This document shows positions 28,193 to 37,062 of a stretch of 64,000 bases of DNA, piece by piece (position 1 is the stretch's first letter; every line of letters starts with the position of its first letter). The DNA comes from Candidatus Bathyarchaeota archaeon. Lineage in GTDB: Archaea; Thermoproteota; Bathyarchaeia; Bathyarchaeales; Bathycorpusculaceae. The notes under the pieces were generated by a model, which was not told the DNA's origin, searched no databases, and saw nothing but the letters and a program-made list of their open reading frames with translations. The stretch covers positions 192,001 through 256,000 of the forward strand of contig CAWHXY010000006.1 in the NCBI GenBank assembly GCA_963833575.1, in the 5' to 3' direction. The translations under genes and the position numbers were made by a program.

Positions 28193-29164
28193 GTGGACAG
28201 AATGCAAGAAACTAAAAAAGTTACGGTAACTGCACCGGCTCATCTTCACACGGGCAATTTTGACATGACAGGAGATCTTGGAAGACTCTATGGAACTGTT
28301 GGTTTCGCAGTTGACAGGCTTCTTGAGATTGAAGTCACCAAAACTAACGACGTTAAGTCTGAAGATGAGGCGGCTTATCTTTTCGCGAGTCGTTTTGTCG
28401 ATGCCTTCGACTTGGCTGGGGCTGAGGTTAAGGTTAAAAAGAGCATTCCAAAATTTGTGGGAATGGGGTACCATACAACTTTAGCGCTGTCAATAGGTTC
28501 TGCATTAGCAAAATTGTACGACTTGAAGTTAACCACTGAGCAAATTGCTTTGACAATGCAGAGAGGAGCAATAACTAGCCTAGGTGTTCATGCCTTCAAG
28601 GTAGGCGGGTTTATCGTTGAAGGGGGTTTCAGAGTTGATCAGAGAGAAAAAATGATTCCTCCACTTATCTTCCGTCAGCCGGTTCCAAGCAACTGGCTCT
28701 TTGTCATAGCCATAGCCGCTGAACCTCAAGAAAAAATCGTTAAAATGCGGGAAAACGAAGATCACATTCTTAGAAACCTCAAATTGATGCCAAAAGAAAC
28801 CTCAGATATGCTCTCAAGAATTGTGCTCGTTAAAATAATTCCGTCAATAATCGAGAATGATCTCAAATCGTTTGGCGAAGGCTTAACAGCTTTTAACTCG
28901 GAATTGGGCAAGTTTTGGAATGAATACCAATGTGGCAGAACGTACTGTCATCCAGTAGTTGAAGAGGCAATAAAAATTATTCTACGCAGAAGCACATGTG
29001 CATGTCAAACCTCGTGGGGACCGACAATCTACGGTATAGTCGATGGAAAAAATCAAGCTGAAACCTTAACTAAGGAACTTAAGGAGTATTTAGCCAAAAA
29101 CGGTGGGGGAGAGGTCTTCTACACCAAAGCTAATAATGTTGGAGCGGTGATTGGAGGCAAGTAA
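28193..29164 (+). CDS. Beta-RFAP synthase paralog, copy 2 (divergent)
   Basis: APAHLHTG.FDM.G..GRLYG, FVGMGYHTT (altered GHMP loop), CQTSWGPT. Confidence 0.8.
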   Translation: MDRMQETKKVTVTAPAHLHTGNFDMTGDLGRLYGTVGFAVDRLLEIEVTKTNDVKSEDEAAYLFASRFVDAFDLAGAEVKVKKSIPKFVGMGYHTTLALSIGSALAKLYDLKLTTEQIALTMQRGAITSLGVHAFKVGGFIVEGGFRVDQREKMIPPLIFRQPVPSNWLFVIAIAAEPQEKIVKMRENEDHILRNLKLMPKETSDMLSRIVLVKIIPSIIENDLKSFGEGLTAFNSELGKFWNEYQCGRTYCHPVVEEAIKIILRRSTCACQTSWGPTIYGIVDGKNQAETLTKELKEYLAKNGGGEVFYTKANNVGAVIGGK

Positions 29165-29167
29165 TCC

Positions 29168-30319
29168 TTGGTTAAAGCCATAGGTATTGATTCTGGAACA
29201 AAAACTATGGACATTTTCGGTTTCGACGACAAAGACGGCAGCATAATAATTGACGTAGCCATTCCAAGAGATCAGATTACAGAAGGATCCAAACTTGTAC
29301 TCGAAAAACTAAGAGATGTACAAAATCGCGTTGGAAAAATAGATGCCATTGTTGGTCCATCTGGTTATGGTATGCAGCTTAAGAGGGCTCAAGAAGCTAC
29401 TGATGAGGAAATTGCTGAGGCAACCTTTGTAACAGAAGCTGACGTTAAAAGGCGACTGCGAATCATTGGTCTGCGAGAGCTTATGGCCTGGCTAAGGAAC
29501 GCTGACGATTTAAACACTTACTTTACACAGAGCGTCATTCACCTGAAGACGGTGCCGAGATATAGAAAAGTTAACAAAATAGACATGGGAACTTCAGACA
29601 AAGTTTTAAGCGTGGTTTTAGCTGTCAAGGACCAAGCTGAAAGACGGCAAATTCCATACAGCCAAACCTCATTCATTCTTCTTGAAGTCGGATTCGGCTA
29701 TACATCTGCAATGGCAGTCCAAAACGGAGAAATCGTTGACGCAATGGCTGGTACTGCTGGTTTTCCATCGTTTCTCGGAATGGGCTTTCTTGACTCAGAA
29801 GTAGCCTACGCCTTAGCTAACGCTACTAAGGACTTTTCAAAACAGCTCCTCTTCGCTGGCGGAGTAGCTTCATTTGCAGGGATTGATCCCTCTAAGCCTT
29901 TGGAAGAATTTGTCAAGAATGCAAAAACTGACCCGCAAATCAAAGAAGGCTATAAGCTGATGCTGGAATCAATAACTAAAGATGTTTCCTCGCTCCTTCC
30001 ATCGGTTAAACCTAAAGAAATAATACTTAGTGGGAGATTCACGCGGATTCCAGAGTTTCTAGCAGCTATGAAGGAAGAGCTTTCGCGTTTCTTTGCTGGA
30101 ACTGGCTTGAAAATTGACATTTCAGTGCTTGAGGGAAAAGCAGCTGTAACTAAGCAAGCGGCTGAAGGCGCGGCGGTATTCGCCAACGGATTGGCAGGCG
30201 GCAAATACAAACAACTAGTTGATACTATGAGGCTTAGAGAAAGCGAAGGAACTGTGTTCAGCAATCTTTGTCTTGGCAAGGATATCGCTGAAGGATTAAA
30301 AGTGTTTAAAAAGTTATGA
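29168..30319 (+). CDS. DUF1464 family ASKHA-fold (butyrate kinase-like) protein
   Basis: IGIDSGTKTMD, GPSGYG, NKIDMGTSDK, IILSGR, KQAAEGAAVFANGLAGG. Confidence 0.82.
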   Translation: MVKAIGIDSGTKTMDIFGFDDKDGSIIIDVAIPRDQITEGSKLVLEKLRDVQNRVGKIDAIVGPSGYGMQLKRAQEATDEEIAEATFVTEADVKRRLRIIGLRELMAWLRNADDLNTYFTQSVIHLKTVPRYRKVNKIDMGTSDKVLSVVLAVKDQAERRQIPYSQTSFILLEVGFGYTSAMAVQNGEIVDAMAGTAGFPSFLGMGFLDSEVAYALANATKDFSKQLLFAGGVASFAGIDPSKPLEEFVKNAKTDPQIKEGYKLMLESITKDVSSLLPSVKPKEIILSGRFTRIPEFLAAMKEELSRFFAGTGLKIDISVLEGKAAVTKQAAEGAAVFANGLAGGKYKQLVDTMRLRESEGTVFSNLCLGKDIAEGLKVFKKL

Positions 30320-30330
30320 GCTTTCTCTGA

Positions 30331-31908
30331 TTATTCTTTGAACATTGGTTTATCTTGGATGTATTCCTTGCCTGTTCTCAATGCAATTTCGGCTTTTGTC
30401 AACTCGCTTCCTAAGTAAGCGGAATGATCCATCCTCGAAATTAAACCCAACTCGATAATCTTCCTGTATATGCCGTCGGCAGTTTTGCCCTTAACAATTA
30501 ATGTGGGGACTTCTAAATCCGTTAACGTTAAATGGATAGCTACAATGCTTTGCTTTTCCCGGTCAACAAAAATTCTAAAAGATCCCTGCTTATCAATTTC
30601 CGCAGATCCCTCATTGTTCTTGATTGTCAAAATATGCGTACTTTCCTCAAGTTTTTTGTTGTATTTCTCTTCTCGGTTCCTCTTGTCCTTCAAAATAAGC
30701 AGATCTATCCCAAGGTCTTTGGGAAAAGATCCCCGCTTTTTTGCCAAAAACATCATTTTTGATGCAGCAACCTCTTCTTTGATGCTTCCTTGTGCCTTGT
30801 CACTTTTCTGTGTAGCCAACATCATATCTGCGCCGATTTCTGAGCAGAGCCGTGCAAGCAAAGCGTTGACACCTACAGAATCCGCATCCATAAGTTCAGT
30901 AACATTAGAAACCCCAACGAAAAGCGGAACATCTGGATTTCTCTGTGCAAATTGTCGGAAAGCAAGAAATGATCCTAAAACGTCTAAGGGGTCAAGAATC
31001 AAGTCAGCAAAAACATTCTCTGTGCCAAATCTCTTGGCTTTAGCAATTACTTGTTCTAGCAGTTGCACGCGTTCCTCGGGTTTCTTTGGGAAGCATCCTT
31101 CACGTTGGTTACTGGGGATTGCTACCACGGCAACATTGCTTGGAAGAGGTGCTATTGCCTCTATGTTTCCAGCGTCAACACTAAGTATCAATTCGGCACC
31201 GGCAGAAACAGCTGCTTTAATTTCCTCTGGATCAAGCGAATCAATACTAATAGGAACCGACACTACATCTTTTACTGCGGCAACAATCCGCTTGGCGTCT
31301 TTTGGCCTGCTTTCACCAGCAACCATTCCAACATCAATAACGTCCGCACCAAGGGCAACATACTTCTTAGCTAACCGCTGAATCTCTCTGTTACTCAGCA
31401 AAGCGGCATCAACTATTTCAGCCAACACACGCATGGGAAAATCTTTTCCAACAGCTAAATTTTTAATTTCCATGTTCCCTGGTTCTTTCAGGAGGGTTTC
31501 TTTGTTTTCTTCAACTTTCAATATTTCCTCAAGAGCCTTCTTCTGAAGTTTTTCTCTGAGTAATTCGCATGCAGGCACAACTGTTGAAAGCGTCACTTCA
31601 CCAAGCATTTCGAGAACAGTTGGTAAGTCAGCAGCATATTGCGGACCCTTAAACGCTGGAATGCCAGTGGTTTTGAAGATAACTGACGTATCGCCTCGAA
31701 CTAGCCCTGGAACAAGAATTAAATCAAAATCGTTCACTTTCGCTTGCTTTAAAGATTGACTAATTGTTTGAGGCGTCAAAAAAGCCGCCACTGGAACATT
31801 CAGCACCATAACTTTGGTTTCAATTTGGCTCTGAATGGCGTAATATTCAACGGTTTCTTGTGCAAGTAAACCAGTGATTAACAGCACCTTCACTGCCGTT
31901 GCCTCCAC
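30331..31908 (-). CDS. Dihydropteroate synthase-like protein with C-terminal DUF4346-like domain
   Basis: VLAEIVDA, GADVIDVG, PISIDS, NVTELMDADSVGVNALL, DHSAYLGSELTKAEIAL..GK.YIQD. Confidence 0.85.
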   Translation of the reverse strand: MEATAVKVLLITGLLAQETVEYYAIQSQIETKVMVLNVPVAAFLTPQTISQSLKQAKVNDFDLILVPGLVRGDTSVIFKTTGIPAFKGPQYAADLPTVLEMLGEVTLSTVVPACELLREKLQKKALEEILKVEENKETLLKEPGNMEIKNLAVGKDFPMRVLAEIVDAALLSNREIQRLAKKYVALGADVIDVGMVAGESRPKDAKRIVAAVKDVVSVPISIDSLDPEEIKAAVSAGAELILSVDAGNIEAIAPLPSNVAVVAIPSNQREGCFPKKPEERVQLLEQVIAKAKRFGTENVFADLILDPLDVLGSFLAFRQFAQRNPDVPLFVGVSNVTELMDADSVGVNALLARLCSEIGADMMLATQKSDKAQGSIKEEVAASKMMFLAKKRGSFPKDLGIDLLILKDKRNREEKYNKKLEESTHILTIKNNEGSAEIDKQGSFRIFVDREKQSIVAIHLTLTDLEVPTLIVKGKTADGIYRKIIELGLISRMDHSAYLGSELTKAEIALRTGKEYIQDKPMFKE

Positions 31909-32540
31909 ACATCTACTCGCCGAATCAAATCAGCCATAACCAGCGAATAAGGTGAGTTTGGAGCAACCCTATTTACCACTTTATTGCAGTCGTCAATCAT
32001 TTCCAAAAGGTGGACGTTTTTTCTCTCTGCCTGATCATTTCCTAGCGCCTTAACGCGGGTTGCATGTATAATTGCTTCAAGCGTCAGCGACATGGCGCGA
32101 CATTGAACTTGTGGATATTGCGGCTTTGCATTTATTAGGTCTATCTTAAACGTAGCTTTGGTTTTCTGTGAATCAATCGGCCAAAGGTTGTCAATTGAAA
32201 TATCAATTGTGGCATCAGCTGAACACATTTTGGGAGCGTTAACAATTTGTGATTTCTCAAACCAGTCTTTAGGCAGCTTGCCATCGGGATTTGCTTCTTT
32301 GAAAGCTGTTTTATAGAAAAACGCTATGTCACTTGTTAAGTTTATAACCGCACATCTGTTTGCCACAATATTGCTGCAGGTTGCTGTTGAATTGAAAAAG
32401 TCTATGGTCAGGTGTTTTTCGTCTTCCATTATGATTCCCATGGGTGCTGCATTCGGTGTTTTATCTTTGTTGTAAGTAGAAACTATTGCTTCTGCAATTA
32501 TGCCTTTCAAGAAACCCAAATCAGATAATTTCGCCATCAA
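31890..32540 (-). CDS. DUF447 family (flavin-reductase-like split barrel) protein
   Basis: EAIVST....PNAAPMGI, LEAIIHATR; usual neighbour of DHPS-like genes. Confidence 0.8.
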   Translation of the reverse strand: MMAKLSDLGFLKGIIAEAIVSTYNKDKTPNAAPMGIIMEDEKHLTIDFFNSTATCSNIVANRCAVINLTSDIAFFYKTAFKEANPDGKLPKDWFEKSQIVNAPKMCSADATIDISIDNLWPIDSQKTKATFKIDLINAKPQYPQVQCRAMSLTLEAIIHATRVKALGNDQAERKNVHLLEMIDDCNKVVNRVAPNSPYSLVMADLIRRVDVWRQRQ

Positions 32541-32657
32541 ACCAGCCCGAGCAACTTAAGAGGTTGAAAGCATTTTGTTTCAATCGAATGTAAAATTTCA
32601 CAGTGCCATAATAAAGTTTTGCCAACATGACCTGTGTGCATGAAATTATTGGCTGAT

Positions 32658-32819
32658 TGTTAAAGAAGAACAACAACTGGTGGTAGCTCCGGGTGTTGTT
32701 CTTCTCTTGAAAGAAGAAGGAGGACAATCGTGCACAGCACCGCGCCTCCTTCTTCTCTGGATTTGTTGAAAGAAGAAGAAGCTTCGCAGGGGCGCACTTC
32801 TTCTTCTACCTCTTTTTTT
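32658..32819 (+). repeat. Array of three tandem hairpins sharing an AGAAGAA/TTCTTCT basal stem, with variable upper stems; putative ncRNA
   Basis: Arms 32664-75/32694-705, 32712-23/32745-56, 32771-81/32797-807; each preceded by TT(G)AA; T7 tract at 32813-32819. Confidence 0.75.
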
Positions 32820-32960
32820 GAGTTGACTGTTAAACTTTTCATTGTTGAAGAAATGCTTAAGACTAATTCGGGATGTGCCTTTGCTATGTAAGGTTTTTAA
32901 AGGATAAGACGAGTATTTTTATAAGAAATTTTACTTATTATTTTGGTGGTTTAAAACTAA

Positions 32961-34337
32961 ATGGCAATTAAAGTAGCCTTGGTTTACCCTTATTTTCACC
33001 CTGCAAATGATAATTCGATCTTTCGTTTTCCACCTTTAGGTCTCGGCTACATTGCAGCTGCTTTGAAAAAGAAAGGCGTTGACGTTGATTTGATTGATTG
33101 CACCTTTCTGCGGTTTAGCGAAGCAGTTGAACGGGTAACTCGTGCCAAACCACAAATTGTGGGTTTCTACTCGATGTTTTCGATGAAGAAAACCACTTTT
33201 GAGCTTGCAGCAGCTATCAAAAAAAATAGTGAGGGCAATCTTAGTTTGTTTGTGGTTGGCGGTCCTCTGCCTACTTGGTCGCCTGAAAGCTTTCTTGACT
33301 TCTTTGATGTGGTTGCTATTGGTGAAGGAGAAGAAACTATGGTTGAGCTTTCGAGCTGTGTTGCGGAAGGGATTGGATTTTCAGGCGTAAATGGACTGGT
33401 TTACAAAGAGGGAGAACAATTTGTTCGAACTGAGCCGAGAAAATTTATTGAGCAGTTGGATAGCTTAGCTTTTCCTTCGCGCGAATTGTTTGATAACGAA
33501 TCATACAAAAAGTATTACCGCGACAGGTTCGGCTACTCAACTTCTGCCATGATTACTTCCAGAGGTTGCCCCTTTTCATGTGACTTTTGCAGTCGACCAA
33601 TCTTTGGCGCAGAAATGAGAAGCCGCTCAGTGGGAAACATTGTTGATGAGGTTGAAGAAATTGCCTCTTTGGGTTACGATCGGGTTTGGTTTTCGGATGA
33701 CTGTTTCACGTTAAACCGCCAGCACATTTTAGCCGTTTGCAGTGAACTTGTCAAGCGTAAGGTGGATATTAGCTGGGAATGTTTATCGCGAGTAGATACG
33801 ATGGATGCGGAAGTTGCACAGGGCATGAAACGTGCGGGTTGTCTAAGGGTTTTCTTCGGAATTGAATCAGGTAATAACTCTGTTTTAGGTTTAATGAACA
33901 AACACATTACAACCCTGCAGGCAAAAAAAGCTGTTTACGCGGCTAAAACTGCTGGATTAAAAACTGGAGCATTCTTTATTATTGGTTACCCAGGAGAAAG
34001 TGACAAAACAGTATTAGACACTGTTCGTTTTGCTTCAAGTTTACCGCTTGATTACTTATCGTTTACCTTGCCTTATCCCATTCCTGGAACTCCACTCTAT
34101 GAACGTGTCAAAGACAATGGCGTTGCAATTGAGGATTGGGAAGAACCCAAAAATTACCGTTTAGTCAGGCATAAGCTTCTATACGCTTCAGGCTTCAGCG
34201 AAGGAAAGTTGAAGTTTGCTATAGGAAAAGCAAATGCACAGTTTTATGGCAGGCGATATCTTGGGAAATTTGGGTATAAGGTGGTGGGTACGCCGTTTGA
34301 GCGTTTAACTGATTTCACATTTAAGATGATGCGTTGA
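32961..34337 (+). CDS. B12-binding radical SAM protein (class B methyltransferase-like)
   Basis: PPLGLGYIAA, VVGGP, GEGE, TSRGCPFSCDFC, FGIESG, FIIGYPGE, PIPGTPLY. Confidence 0.92.
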   Translation: MAIKVALVYPYFHPANDNSIFRFPPLGLGYIAAALKKKGVDVDLIDCTFLRFSEAVERVTRAKPQIVGFYSMFSMKKTTFELAAAIKKNSEGNLSLFVVGGPLPTWSPESFLDFFDVVAIGEGEETMVELSSCVAEGIGFSGVNGLVYKEGEQFVRTEPRKFIEQLDSLAFPSRELFDNESYKKYYRDRFGYSTSAMITSRGCPFSCDFCSRPIFGAEMRSRSVGNIVDEVEEIASLGYDRVWFSDDCFTLNRQHILAVCSELVKRKVDISWECLSRVDTMDAEVAQGMKRAGCLRVFFGIESGNNSVLGLMNKHITTLQAKKAVYAAKTAGLKTGAFFIIGYPGESDKTVLDTVRFASSLPLDYLSFTLPYPIPGTPLYERVKDNGVAIEDWEEPKNYRLVRHKLLYASGFSEGKLKFAIGKANAQFYGRRYLGKFGYKVVGTPFERLTDFTFKMMR

Positions 34338-34458
34338 TTCGGCAGTTTTGCCGCCAATTTTTCTGTTTGTGTTTTAGGCTGATTTTCTGATTTAGAGTTT
34401 GATAAATATTCGTTTGATTTTTAGGTTAAATAAACGCATTCAACAGCACAAATTTTTC

Positions 34459-34788
34459 TTACTCATTTTGCCCGAGCACGTAACCACAATAACTTACCAC
34501 CAAATAATAATTGGACAAGAAAACATCTTTTCTGATCCTCCAGCCAGAGCGGATAAAATGAGCGTGTACGAGCAGAGAAGGATTCTTTTTCTTTGGTTGT
34601 CTTTCCCAATTCATTAACCAATAACCGGTGGCAAATAACAAAATACCAAAGAAGATTAACAAATCGAAGTTAACCTGATGATGGTAATAATAATTAAAAT
34701 TGTTGATGAACTCATCATAAACCCAGATGAATAAGAGCGCCAATCCAACTGCAAAAAGAAACAGACCTACCAATCTCAAAAGTCTCAT
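34459..34788 (-). CDS. Hypothetical membrane protein
   Basis: Two clear N-terminal TM helices; C-terminal half looks atypical. Confidence 0.45.
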   Translation of the reverse strand: MRLLRLVGLFLFAVGLALLFIWVYDEFINNFNYYYHHQVNFDLLIFFGILLFATGYWLMNWERQPKKKNPSLLVHAHFIRSGWRIRKDVFLSNYYLVVSYCGYVLGQNE

Positions 34789-35070
34789 AATGCCACTGAA
34801 TTTGTATATGTTTTAACCTCGATTAAAACATTAACATTCTAAGAAGCGTATGTTTTGTTTCAGGTTTTTCCACTTAGGTCAAGTGGGCAATTTGCTATTT
34901 GTACTAATACTGGAAAAAAAATAAAGGGGAAAATTTTATTTCGTTTTTCGTTTGTACGCGTAAGTTTCAAAAGCAATAGCTGCAAGCATTAAAGTTAAAA
35001 GGCTCCAGAAGCACTCACAACTCAAACTTGTAAAGAGCAATAAGCAAAATATCTCCATAAAAGTGAAACC

Positions 35071-35571
35071 ATGAAACTAACAGCAATCCCTACAATCATA
35101 AGCTCACTGCGAATCGCAGTCCTACCACTCTTCATTCATGTCTACAACACAGCAAACATAGCCCCATGCCTAATTCTGCTCGCTTTTTCAGCCGCAACAG
35201 ATTTTTTTGATGGTTACTTAGCTAGAAAATTGAGGGCAACCTCGAGGTTTGGTGCTTACTACGATGCCACAACAGATTTCACTCTAGTAATCGGCGTATT
35301 CACATTTTTTGCAATTAAAGGATTTTACCCAATTTGGCTACTATTACTTATTGCTGCATCATTTGTTCAGTTCTTGGTTACAAGCCATTACGCCAAAAAA
35401 GTATATGATCCAGTAGGAAAGTACATTGGAAGCGCCCTCTACATAGGTATAGTTTTAACGCTTGTTTTCCCAGAACAATCGACATACAGTTTTGTGCAAT
35501 TTGCCTTCGTCGGATTCTTCTTGATTTCGCTCGGAAGCCGCGTGATAAGTTTAGCGCGAAGCCGCCATTAG
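35071..35571 (+). CDS. CDP-alcohol phosphatidyltransferase
   Basis: TDFFDGYLARK...SRFGAYYDATTD matches the DxxDGxxAR...GxxxDxxxD motif. Confidence 0.9.
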   Translation: MKLTAIPTIISSLRIAVLPLFIHVYNTANIAPCLILLAFSAATDFFDGYLARKLRATSRFGAYYDATTDFTLVIGVFTFFAIKGFYPIWLLLLIAASFVQFLVTSHYAKKVYDPVGKYIGSALYIGIVLTLVFPEQSTYSFVQFAFVGFFLISLGSRVISLARSRH

Positions 35572-35589
35572 ATATAAAACAACTATTTG

Positions 35590-35880
35590 CTACTTGTATT
35601 TTTCCAAAACTTGCCTTCCAAAATTAGTTATCTCTACCGCATAAAAATCATAGGGTGGCAATTTCTCTGAGACAGTTGGATTATTTACAAGCAATGATTT
35701 TTCTAGAATTCTAACTGCTTCACTTATGTCTCCTGGAGTCAAGCTAGTTTTTTTATGTAATTGTTCGCCTTTCGCAAATTCACCCTCATTAAATTCTGAA
35801 AGAGCTACAAGTACTTTCTTTGCGTTCATATCAATCATATTAAAATCGTCAAGGCTAAAGTCATCAGACATTCCTTTCAC
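35590..35880 (-). CDS. Small winged-helix-like hypothetical protein
   Basis: LTPGDISEAVRILEK...EITNFGR; GAGGTGA RBS. Confidence 0.6.
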   Translation of the reverse strand: MKGMSDDFSLDDFNMIDMNAKKVLVALSEFNEGEFAKGEQLHKKTSLTPGDISEAVRILEKSLLVNNPTVSEKLPPYDFYAVEITNFGRQVLEKYK

Positions 35881-36039
35881 CTCATTTAAACTAGTGTAAT
35901 CTTGAACATAAAAACAATTTGAAAAAAATTATTAGCCAGCTCTCATACGATTATTGCCTTTCAGGGTTTCTCAATAATTTTTTTGTGTCATGTTAACTAA
36001 TATAGCATTTTCACGTTATCTTTCCGTTTTGATGGAGCT

Positions 36040-37062
36040 TTGAGAGAAAAACAGCATACAGATCAAATAGATTTACCTGAACAAATTCGAGTTTCATTAG
36101 GCACCGCCATTGTTCTCGGCTTGTTAATTGGCAAGTTAGATGCTGAACCCACAACTGCGTACCTTATGACCTACAAAGAAGGAAAGTGCACAGCTAACTG
36201 CGGTTTCTGTCCCCAAGCTAGAGAAAGTAAAAGCAGCACTGATTTGCTTTCTAGGGTTTCGTGGCCAACTTTTTCCACTGCACACGTTTTGACATCTCTC
36301 GGAGAAGCCGTCAGCCAACAAAGAATTAAGCGCGTCTGCATCCAAGCTCTAAATTATCCACAAGTTTTTTCTCAACTTCAAATTCTTGTGAAAGAAATAA
36401 AAAAACAAGTCAATGTATCGGTCTCTGTTTCTTGTCAACCGCTCGTCAAAGCAAACATAAAGCTCTTGGCACAAGCAGGTGTTGATAGGATAGGAATTGC
36501 TTTGGATGTTGCAACTAAAACCTTGTTTGAAAAAGTTAAGGGAAAAGACACAGGCAGCGGTTACACTTGGGAAAACCAATTCAGCATTCTAAATAAAGCG
36601 ATAGAGGTTTTTGGAAAAGGAAATGTTAGCACCCATTTGATTATTGGGTTAGGCGAGACGGAGACAGAAGTAGCACAAGTAATTCAAAAATGTGTTGACA
36701 TGAGCGTTTTGCCAGCGCTTTTCGCGTTTACTCCAATCCGAGGAACAGCATTGGAAGATTGTTCTCAGCCGCCTATTGAATCGTATAGGCGAGTTCAGCT
36801 TGCCAGATACTTGATTGTTAAGGGGTCGTCAAGCTTTGACACGATAAAATTTGATGACAATGGGAAAATAGCTGGTTTCAACTTATCAAGAGAAGAGTTA
36901 AAACCGATAATTGAATCAGGAGAGCCTTTTCTAACTTCAGGTTGCAAAGACTGCAACCGCCCCTACTACAACGAGAAACCAAGCGGACCAATCTACAATT
37001 ACCCGAAAAAACCAAGCAAAGAAGAACTTGGGAAAATAAAACAGCAACTTAACTACTGTTAA
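36040..37062 (+). CDS. Radical SAM protein, LipS2-like (COG2516)
   Basis: CTANCGFC, LSRVSWP, THLIIGLGET, LFAFTP, C-terminal TSGCKDCNRPYYNE. Confidence 0.82.
   Translation: MREKQHTDQIDLPEQIRVSLGTAIVLGLLIGKLDAEPTTAYLMTYKEGKCTANCGFCPQARESKSSTDLLSRVSWPTFSTAHVLTSLGEAVSQQRIKRVCIQALNYPQVFSQLQILVKEIKKQVNVSVSVSCQPLVKANIKLLAQAGVDRIGIALDVATKTLFEKVKGKDTGSGYTWENQFSILNKAIEVFGKGNVSTHLIIGLGETETEVAQVIQKCVDMSVLPALFAFTPIRGTALEDCSQPPIESYRRVQLARYLIVKGSSSFDTIKFDDNGKIAGFNLSREELKPIIESGEPFLTSGCKDCNRPYYNEKPSGPIYNYPKKPSKEELGKIKQQLNYC

Noticed and set aside
23390-31381. Long antisense ORFs (e.g. 23390-24007, 30470-31381) and other shadow ORFs in the track
   Set aside because: They lie fully opposite well-supported genes and show no motifs; typical antisense-frame artefacts
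32658-32819. Hairpin array as CRISPR (TTGAAAG resembles archaeal repeat ends) or as a canonical H/ACA RNA
   Set aside because: The constant part is only about 12 nt, spacing is irregular and no cas genes are present; there are no K-turns or proper pseudouridylation pockets at 14-16 nt from the ACA
32660-32842. 60-aa ORF as a RiPP precursor for the neighbouring radical SAM enzyme
   Set aside because: Its EEE/SSS/LLL runs are explained by the GAA/TTC hairpin arms; no leader/core pattern or transporter/protease nearby; not fully excluded
34936-35058. 40-aa minus-strand ORF ending in a TM helix + KRKTK and a T-tract
   Set aside because: Start is only 12 bp from the divergent gene's ATG, leaving no promoter room; at most a remnant 3' end of a surface-protein gene
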